From IMG/VR virus record IMGVR_UViG_3300018080_000100: a stretch of DNA of 64,000 nt; one strand, written 5' to 3'. Shown here piece by piece: positions 37,242 through 44,293 of the stretch (positions are counted from its first letter, which is position 1; each line of letters opens with the position of its first letter). The position numbers and the translations under genes are program-made. The notes under the pieces were generated by a model. It saw only the letters and a program-made list of their open reading frames with translations. It was not told the DNA's origin and ran no database searches. This DNA comes from a virus.

Positions 37242-37580
37242 CCGGGTGTGCTAGGACTGATCCGACTTGTTGACTTCTCCGTTTAATCCGTATGCGTGAA
37301 TCTCTCGTAAAAGGCGTACTTCATTATACTACCGGGGCTCGAGCGCCGATTTGCCAGGCCGGCTCGGCGAGGCCTTTGTAGGGCACCTGCCACTGGCAGA
37401 TGCCAAGCGCCCCGGGGGGAGTTGATACCCCATCTCCTAGTAGGTAAGGATAGCTACGGAATTCGATTCAACAAGTGACAACACGGGTGATCTTGAGCGA
37501 TAGCTTGAGTCTGAACGTGAAGTGCGCATAGGGTTCCGTTGATGGTGACGCTCTAGCAATTGAGCTACCCCACAGGAAAG

Positions 37581-37652
37581 ATCCGGCGGTGGGATTCGAA
37601 CCCACGTGGGCTGGTTTACAAAACCAGTGCATGGCCTCTCTGCCACACCGGA
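37581..37652 (-). tRNA. tRNA-Thr (TGT)
   Basis: Anticodon arm CTGGT-TTTGTAA-ACCAG; T-arm GTGGG-TTCGAAT-CCCAC. Confidence 0.6.
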
Positions 37653-37754
37653 GTAAGTTGTGGGGGGAGGACTCCAACCTCCAACCTTCACCTATGGAAC
37701 CTGTATCATGCGCGTTTTTGAGTCTGAGTCTGAACTTGTCGCTATGTAAAGCTG

Positions 37755-38519
37755 CTACGCGGTCTGCGCCGGAGCAGCAGCTTTCGCTCCTTGCGTAATG
37801 AAGTCGAAGAGCGGCCGGGCGATCTCGAAGCTGTCGGTCTGCGCCTGGTTGGCCTGTTCGCGGGCCAGCCGGATGCCTTCGATCAGCTTGTCGACGCGCT
37901 CCAGCATCTTCTCCTTCTCGTCTGCCGGTATTCTACCCGACATGAGCACAGTTTCCCACTCACCTACGACGATGTCCTCGTCGAAGCGCTCGGTCTGTGC
38001 AGGGTGCTCGGTGGTGGCTTCGTACTTCACCAGTACCTGTGGGACTTTCCGCGTCCGGACCTTGCTTGTCTTCCCCGTCACGAAGCAGTTGCGGTTGGGG
38101 TCGTGGGTCCAGTTTTCGGCGGAGTCCAGTACCGGCAGATGTGCTAGGAATGTGCGCACGTCGGTGACGTGCTTTTCCAGGAACAGCAAGCTGGTGACCG
38201 GTACGTCGGCCAGGATCAGGGCGCCATCCACCTTGATGTCGCCCTTGGCCGTGCAGTTGGCTGCGTCCTGCGTCGCGGTGACGTTCAGGAGCTTGGTCCA
38301 ATGCTTGACGGCCTTCTTGAGGCAGCTTTCCCAGGTGCACTGGATGTTCTTGTGCTCCGGCGGCAGCTGAGGCTCGTCCTCGCGCTTGGATTTGTAGGTC
38401 CGCACCAGTCCGTCGAACAAGGCAGGTTTCTGGACCTGCTTGTAGATGGTGGTGACGGCTTCCTGCGTCCGGGTTCGTTGCCCGTTCGCAACAGCGATGA
38501 TCTGATTCAGTTTGGGCAT
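37755..38519 (-). CDS. hypothetical protein
   Basis: 254-aa ORF; no motif. Confidence 0.4.
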   Translation of the reverse strand: MPKLNQIIAVANGQRTRTQEAVTTIYKQVQKPALFDGLVRTYKSKREDEPQLPPEHKNIQCTWESCLKKAVKHWTKLLNVTATQDAANCTAKGDIKVDGALILADVPVTSLLFLEKHVTDVRTFLAHLPVLDSAENWTHDPNRNCFVTGKTSKVRTRKVPQVLVKYEATTEHPAQTERFDEDIVVGEWETVLMSGRIPADEKEKMLERVDKLIEGIRLAREQANQAQTDSFEIARPLFDFITQGAKAAAPAQTA

Positions 38520-38582
38520 CCTTTGCCTCCTCCTTTGAATCTGAAACTAACGGTCCTAATTTTGATCTCATGATCAAAAAGC

Positions 38583-38651
38583 AGTCCGGCAGGGAGTCGA
38601 ACCCCATCCTGCTGATCCAGAGTCAGCCGTGCCGCCAATACACCACCGGAC
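38583..38651 (-). tRNA. tRNA-Gln (CTG)
   Basis: Anticodon arm GCTGA-CTCTGGA-TCAGC. Confidence 0.55.
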
Positions 38652-38713
38652 AATATGACGCCACCGTCGGAACGCCGACGGTGGCGGTACTCTTTCTGCA
38701 CATGGCAGATGAG

Positions 38714-39034
38714 CTAAGCAGCAGTCAGTTCGGCCTGGACGTCTTCCATAAGGCCGGCGAGCTCCTGCATACAAGCGCTGACGTACTCTGTGATACTCTC
38801 GGTATCGGTACCGTCGACCTCGATGCCGTCAAGGCGCTCCGCGGCAGCTTGGCCGCGCGCGATGACGATCTCGGTCATCCGATCGGACTCCAGATCATAC
38901 TGGATGTCGCACTTCATTCTTCCAAAGCCAGGGGCATCGGTGCTCATGTGGAGCATGGCCTTCTTGCCGCCCGGGGCCTTGAACGAACACTTCAACTTCG
39001 CCTTCTTGGGCATGTAGCCCTCCTCCAGCCCCAT
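38714..39034 (-). CDS. hypothetical protein
   Basis: 106-aa ORF. Confidence 0.35.
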   Translation of the reverse strand: MGLEEGYMPKKAKLKCSFKAPGGKKAMLHMSTDAPGFGRMKCDIQYDLESDRMTEIVIARGQAAAERLDGIEVDGTDTESITEYVSACMQELAGLMEDVQAELTAA

Positions 39035-39132
39035 GCGTTACGCCCCCTTATCAAAGACGCCAAGCATGAAAAACAGCATGACGACTACACACGCAATCCA
39101 GATCGTGTCGTCCATCAGTTCCTCCTTCTGAG

Positions 39133-39203
39133 CAGCCCAACAGGGAGTCGAACCCCGTCCTGCAGGTCCAAAACCTGTCGTGCAGCCGTTACACCATTGG
39201 GCA
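39133..39203 (-). tRNA. tRNA-Gln (TTG)
   Basis: Loop TTTTGGA; one acceptor mismatch at 1-72. Confidence 0.5.
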
Positions 39204-39477
39204 ATAATGTGAGGCGCGTCGCTTGTGCCGATGCTGCAATCTCGGAATACGGCGCTGAGGCATAAGTAGCTTACTGTCCTCCCTCACCAGTACCGCGTAC
39301 GGGTTTCGATCCCGTCTGATCAGGTTGAAAGCCTGATGACCTCACCAGAAGTCGAACGCGGCCTGTGCGCCCCCGACCACAATTGGTCCGACCACGCGGC
39401 TTAGCGGGGGCATCGTAGGTGGCTACTCCACGGACTCGTAATGGTCTCCTTATCTGCAGGTGAACCACAAGTGTAAG

Positions 39478-39548
39478 CTGCTCGGCTAGGAGTCGAACCT
39501 AGACCACTCGGTTAACAGCCGAGCGCTCTGCCTCAGAGCTACCGAGCA
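39478..39548 (-). tRNA. tRNA-Asn (GTT)
   Basis: Anticodon arm CTCGG-CTGTTAA-CCGAG; T-arm CTAGG-TTCGACT-CCTAG. Confidence 0.6.
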
Positions 39549-39552
39549 AAAG

Positions 39553-39625
39553 CAGGCACCCAGGGAATCGAACCCCGCCACGCGGATTTGGAGTCCGCAT
39601 CGCCAGCCTTGGAACATTGGCACCT
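39553..39625 (-). tRNA. tRNA-Trp (CCA)
   Basis: Anticodon arm GCGGA-CTCCAAA-TCCGC. Confidence 0.55.
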
Positions 39626-40025
39626 GTAACAGTGAGTAGCGCAGACTCGAACACCGAGCAGGGGTTGACATACCGATGCGCGACTGGTGCTTGAGGAAAA
39701 CGTAGGTGGGTATAGACCTTCCTGGATGTGCCAACTGCATACGGCCTGGCCCAGAGCCACCTGACTCTTTCCGACTCACTGAGCGCCCCGACGGGGTTAT
39801 GATCCCCGTACTCCGGATCGACAGTCCGGCGTTTTTCCGATTGAAACTACCGGGGCGTTTGGAGGCGCGCTGACGCAGTACGCCAAGCCACCTCCTCTAG
39901 GTTGGCAGCTACACGGATGTGACACATCCGCTCACATGCGCATACCAGGTCGCAACTGCGCTCCGCCCCGACATTGGGGGAACGGTCTACGTGTCACCAG
40001 TTGCTCACCCACTTCGAAGTATCGT

Positions 40026-40223
40026 TCACCGACCCTTTTTCGTCAAGGGCTCGGGCTTCTTGGCCTTCTTCTTCGGTACACTCGCTTTGACGACGTCCTT
40101 GCCGCACACCGTGCAGCGATGGCCAGCGCCAGTAGCGGTTACAGTCTCGTTGCAAACTCGTCTCTTGTGCCCATACTGCGCGTCCTGGTACGGATGGTCG
40201 CACAGACATTCCTTGATTGGCAT
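40026..40223 (-). CDS. small zinc-binding protein
   Basis: Start refined to MPIKECLCDH… (AAGGA upstream); CxC…C…CxxC; Lys-rich tail. Confidence 0.4.
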   Translation of the reverse strand: MPIKECLCDHPYQDAQYGHKRRVCNETVTATGAGHRCTVCGKDVVKASVPKKKAKKPEPLTKKGR

Positions 40224-40331
40224 GTGTTTCCTTTCGGTGTCATACGAAAACAGCGCAGCGGAAACTGAGCTCCGCTGCGCTGTTAAGTGTCTCAAACAAA
40301 GCTGGCGGAGGTTAGCCCGCCAGCATTATGC

Positions 40332-40994
40332 TTAGACGGGCGTCTCGGTGATCCGGTTGGGCGCATTTTCTGGCCCGCGCGGTTCCATCGAGGCTTCGAT
40401 CTGCGCCACGTCGACGCGGTTGTCGTTGCCTGCGAAGGTCATCAGGTACGCGAGGATCTGTTGGTACAGACCGTAAACGCGCAGCGAGTCGTGTCGGGTG
40501 ATGAACCGCGAACGCTCGCGCGAGTTGAGTCGCGTCCAGGTTACGATCACTGTGTCGACGGCCGACAACAGGATCCGGCCGTTGCCGCTCATGTTGAGCT
40601 GGCTGTTCACCGGGATGTCGACGTCCTGGCCCGAGAAGTCCCAAGGGAGTTGGTACATCTGCGTGGCCGGCATCTGGATGTCGTCGCCACCAAACGGATT
40701 GGCAGCATCGGTGATGTCCGCAGTTGCGTCGATCGCCGTAGCGATCTTGTCGCCGAGATCAGCACCGTCTGGGTTATGAGTAACCCGGCGACGCCAGCGA
40801 TCAGCGTTGACAAGCAGCTGCAGAAAATGGTCTCTCGACGGGTCGTCGAGACCGCCTCGGTCGCGGAGATCTTCACTGTGGACAATCTCCGAGCGCAGCA
40901 ACATCAACGGCTGCAGACCGGCGGCGATGTGATGGTTTCGGCATTCCGTGATTACGTTACGGAATTGTTCGACGCCAGGGTCACCTACTGGCAT
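40332..40994 (-). CDS. hypothetical protein
   Basis: 220-aa ORF. Confidence 0.4.
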   Translation of the reverse strand: MPVGDPGVEQFRNVITECRNHHIAAGLQPLMLLRSEIVHSEDLRDRGGLDDPSRDHFLQLLVNADRWRRRVTHNPDGADLGDKIATAIDATADITDAANPFGGDDIQMPATQMYQLPWDFSGQDVDIPVNSQLNMSGNGRILLSAVDTVIVTWTRLNSRERSRFITRHDSLRVYGLYQQILAYLMTFAGNDNRVDVAQIEASMEPRGPENAPNRITETPV

Positions 40995-42754
40995 GACTGG
41001 TCTCCTTTGGTGGGAGTTGAATGATAGGTTGCTGCCGGCGCCATTTCATTGAAGCGTCTCAGCAGCGTGTCCTTCATTATACGCGCCCAGTCATTCTCAG
41101 GTCCAGAGGGCTCTTGGTCAATTTTCTTGTCAAGTTCGTCGAGAGTAAGTCGGCCGATAAGTGCATCAAGTATCGGCGAACGTCCTTCGAGCTCCGAAAG
41201 TCGTATAAATTCCTGTGCTTCCGAGATGTCTCGGGGCACTGTGTCGTGGGTGGGAAACGTATCGGGCTCGGAAGCCCCTCCTTGCCCAGGCGGCGTCACG
41301 GGCGGGTCAACAGGCGGTACGACAGGCGGATCTGTGGGCGGTTCGATGGGCGTAACAGGCGGCAAATCAGGCAGTTTTGGCGCAGGCTTGCCGCGGAACC
41401 AGCAGAACGCCTTGTAGATACCAAAGCCGAGCGCCAGCAATCCGCCACCACCTGCCGATCCTGTCAGTAGCCACATGAGCGCCTGCTGCACCGACGGCTT
41501 TACCATATCCCAGTTTGACGGTTCGTCCGGCTCGGTTACCGTGGGCGGCGGATCGTTATTTGTCGGCGGCTCTACAGGCGGCGTAACCGGAGGGTCAACT
41601 GGCGGCGTAACCGGAGGGTCAACTGGCGGCGTAACTGGGGGTTGCACAGGTGGTTCGACCGGCGGCTGTACAGGTGGCGTAACCGGAGGCGTAACTGGCG
41701 GTTCAACAGGAGGTTCAACAGGCGGTTCAACCGGTGGCACCACTGGCGGCACTACAGGCGGTGGCTCAGCTGGCGGCGCAACTGGTGGCGTCACTGGTGG
41801 CACTACAGGCGGTGGCTCGACCGGCGGTGTCACCGGAGGCGTGACAGGCGGCTGTACAGGTGGCGTAACCGGAGGCTCGACCGGGGGCGTAACCGGAGGC
41901 GTGACAGGTGGCGTAACTGGGGGCACGACAGGCGGCTGTACAGGCGGCTGTATTGGCACCAGTGGCGGCCGCGGCTTTGGCGGCTGCGGGTACGGCGGGA
42001 GAATGAACTTCAACAGCGCACGCACACGCGGAAAGTAAGGTCCGCAGCAGCAGTTACCGTCAGTGCCGGTGATCAACCCTACGACTTCACCGCGCGACGT
42101 GTAGATCGGTCCGCCGCTCATGCCGCTGATTGCCGGCCCTCGGAACTCGATGACCGAGAGCGTGCGCCCTTGATCGAACGATAGCCATTTGCTGAACGTC
42201 CCCTTTGTGACGCGGTATGTAGTATTCATCGCCCAGCCGGACGCCCAATATATCTCGCCTTGCCTGGGCGGGCCTTTTGCGAAGCGCACCGGCTTGATAC
42301 CCGGATCGTCGATCTCGACGACGGCTACATCATAGAGATGGTTGTAGCGCAGCATTCGTGCCTTGAGCATCTTGCCGTTGATCAGCGTGACCGTCACAAC
42401 GGCCCCAGGCTTGTAGCCATGGGCGCAGGTGATCACGTGCGCTTTACCGTCCTTCTGTGCTGCAATAAAGCCGCTGCCGGCCAGTTCGCCGAATGCTACC
42501 TTGACCACCTGTTCGCAGGGTGGTGCTGCTGGAAGTGCTGGCGGCGCTGGTGCGGCCCAGGACTGCGATGGCGATGCGCGCCATTGGGTTTCGTGCGGCA
42601 GCTGCATCAGCAGCCCGCGGTAATCCTGCCGGCTAGGCGAATTGCGCTCTTCCCAGGGAACTACTTCATAGATGTCTACAGAACGGGGCTGGCCCGCAGC
42701 TACGGTTGGCAGCAGTAGGCATGCCAACAGGCAGAAAAGCGTACAGCATCTCAT
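40985..42754 (-). CDS. secreted, membrane-anchored trypsin-like (S1) serine protease with long PPVx repeat linker
   Basis: Start refined to MRCCTLFCLLACLLLPTVAAG (signal peptide; AAGGAG upstream). Catalytic His in ITCAHG and Ser in GMSGGPI. About 45 tandem (T/V/E/Q)PPV units, a TM helix (LMWLLTGSAGGGGLLALGFGIYKAFCWF), then a C-terminal domain. Confidence 0.6.
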   Translation of the reverse strand: MRCCTLFCLLACLLLPTVAAGQPRSVDIYEVVPWEERNSPSRQDYRGLLMQLPHETQWRASPSQSWAAPAPPALPAAPPCEQVVKVAFGELAGSGFIAAQKDGKAHVITCAHGYKPGAVVTVTLINGKMLKARMLRYNHLYDVAVVEIDDPGIKPVRFAKGPPRQGEIYWASGWAMNTTYRVTKGTFSKWLSFDQGRTLSVIEFRGPAISGMSGGPIYTSRGEVVGLITGTDGNCCCGPYFPRVRALLKFILPPYPQPPKPRPPLVPIQPPVQPPVVPPVTPPVTPPVTPPVEPPVTPPVQPPVTPPVTPPVEPPPVVPPVTPPVAPPAEPPPVVPPVVPPVEPPVEPPVEPPVTPPVTPPVQPPVEPPVQPPVTPPVDPPVTPPVDPPVTPPVEPPTNNDPPPTVTEPDEPSNWDMVKPSVQQALMWLLTGSAGGGGLLALGFGIYKAFCWFRGKPAPKLPDLPPVTPIEPPTDPPVVPPVDPPVTPPGQGGASEPDTFPTHDTVPRDISEAQEFIRLSELEGRSPILDALIGRLTLDELDKKIDQEPSGPENDWARIMKDTLLRRFNEMAPAATYHSTPTKGDQSCQ

Positions 42755-42973
42755 CGGGGACTCCTTTGCTGAGAGACGTGCATATTCTCTCATCAGACAC
42801 CGACGGAGTGGCGCTGTCAAGATCCTTGGGAAGTGGTAGCCCTGTGAGTCGAACACAGCACAGCGCGGTTATCAGCCGTGCTTGGGCAACCGGCCCTCGA
42901 CTACCATGGCCCTGGGCCCGGAGGCCCAGGGAGGACTTTCCATTATTTGGGATTGTCCGTTTCTCGTCCAGAC

Positions 42974-43861
42974 CTATCGGCGTCCGCCCGGCTGAGCGTT
43001 TGCCTGCGTCTCAATCGACTGCTGCAGCGTGGCCAGGGCCTGACGCTGCGAGGAGGCCTCGACAGCCGACGTGGCGATACCGCGGGCATCCTCGCGCGCT
43101 GTGGCGAGTTGTGCCTCGACGTTCTCCAGCTGCTTCTCCAGTGCGCCAATACGGGCCATCAGCGCCTGCTGTTCGGCGTTCGCCAGCTGCGCTGCGGCTT
43201 CGGCGTCCTTCTTGAGCATGGCCTTCTCGTGGGAGAACGCCTGGCCCAGCGACTTGGTGACCTCGGCCTTGGCCGTCTCGACGGCCTCCTCGATCTCGGC
43301 CGGGAGGTTCTCGACCTGAGCCTCGAGATCGGTCATCTTCGTTTCGCGCTCTTCCACGGCCTCGATGCGCTCGGCCAGGGACTTGGAAACGTCTTCCATG
43401 CGGATGCGCTCCTTGCGCTGCCGCTCCTCAGACTCCGCTTCGAACGCCGTGCGTGCGCGGTCGTTGCGCTGCTGCCGATCGTAATCGTGCTGCTCCTGTT
43501 CGCGAGCCCACGCTTCGTCGCGCTCGGCCTGCTCGTCCTGCCACTCCTTGCGGCGCTTCCGAGACTTGTCCTTCGCGTCTTCCTCGGCCTCGTCGACCTT
43601 CTTCTTGATCTCGTCGAGGGTGTCTGCCTGAACCTCGATGTCGTGGATGTCCGCCAACTCCTCTTTCCGCGCCCCAATGGCCGTTTCCAGATTGCGAAGC
43701 TCCTCGATTTTCTCGGTCATGGTGACGCCAAGCGCGGCCAACGTACCTTGCACGTTGGTCTGTACAGTTCCGACCTGGTCAAGCACTTTCTTGACGTCGG
43801 ATTCCGACACGGCCTTGAGAGCCGCGTCCACGTCGGTTTTCTTGCGACGTGTTGCTGCCAT
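42974..43861 (-). CDS. highly charged coiled-coil protein (scaffold-like)
   Basis: 295 aa, E/K/R/A-rich heptads throughout; sits between the protease and primase genes. Confidence 0.4.
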   Translation of the reverse strand: MAATRRKKTDVDAALKAVSESDVKKVLDQVGTVQTNVQGTLAALGVTMTEKIEELRNLETAIGARKEELADIHDIEVQADTLDEIKKKVDEAEEDAKDKSRKRRKEWQDEQAERDEAWAREQEQHDYDRQQRNDRARTAFEAESEERQRKERIRMEDVSKSLAERIEAVEERETKMTDLEAQVENLPAEIEEAVETAKAEVTKSLGQAFSHEKAMLKKDAEAAAQLANAEQQALMARIGALEKQLENVEAQLATAREDARGIATSAVEASSQRQALATLQQSIETQANAQPGGRR

Positions 43862-43883
43862 GCAACATTCTCCTATAGAGACG

Positions 43884-43908
43884 AAAAAAGGCGCCCGACG
43901 TGGGCGCC
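43884..43908 (-). terminator. rho-independent terminator
   Basis: GGCGCCC-gacg-TGGGCGCC hairpin plus, on the minus strand, a T6 run; downstream of tRNA-Met. Confidence 0.5.
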
Positions 43909-43913
43909 TAAAA

Positions 43914-43987
43914 TGGGGGAGACAGGATTCGAACCTGCGGTCTTCGGCGTATGAAACCGACGGGGACGGCCGCTCCCCTACTCCCCG
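43914..43987 (-). tRNA. tRNA-Met (CAT), second copy
   Basis: Anticodon arm TCGGT-TTCATAC-GCCGA; 1-72 mismatch in the acceptor stem. Confidence 0.5.
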
Positions 43988-44002
43988 ATATGTTCTGTTA
44001 CT

Positions 44003-44293
44003 CTACCCGCGATCTTTGTCGTCGTCAAGCGTCTTTCGGGCAGATTTGGGCACCATAGCCATGAAATTCTCGATGCGCCCGAGTATGCCTTTGATATGGC
44101 CAGCCTGCTCGAGCGTGACATTGTGGATGGTCTCCCAGCGTGCGATGCCACGCAGCTCCTTAACGGCGTTCATCGACTCGTAGACGAATCTGTCGGCCTC
44201 CTTCTCGATAGGGATATAGGCCAGCAAGGATTCGAGATCGTCGAGTTTTTGTAGGGCTACGGCGCACAGCTTGGCCATTTTCTTGGCATTCAT
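44003..44293 (-). CDS. hypothetical protein
   Basis: 96-aa ORF. Confidence 0.35.
   Translation of the reverse strand: MNAKKMAKLCAVALQKLDDLESLLAYIPIEKEADRFVYESMNAVKELRGIARWETIHNVTLEQAGHIKGILGRIENFMAMVPKSARKTLDDDKDRG

Noticed and set aside
41475-42038. 187-aa plus-strand ORF (GGSTGGVTGG… repeats) and tandem 12-nt DNA repeats that look superficially like a repeat array
   Set aside because: It is the antisense reading of the PPVx proline repeat of the minus-strand protease gene. The units are contiguous with no spacers, so the region is neither a CRISPR array nor an independent gene.
12600-44000. Possibility that the window is bacterial chromosome with a tRNA island or a pathogenicity island
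   Set aside because: The region shows near-uniform minus-strand gene orientation and carries terminase, HNH, DUF4326, primase, ligase, RNase H and HAD genes. No housekeeping operons, rRNA or integrase or att features are visible. These observations point to a large virulent-phage-like genome rather than host DNA.
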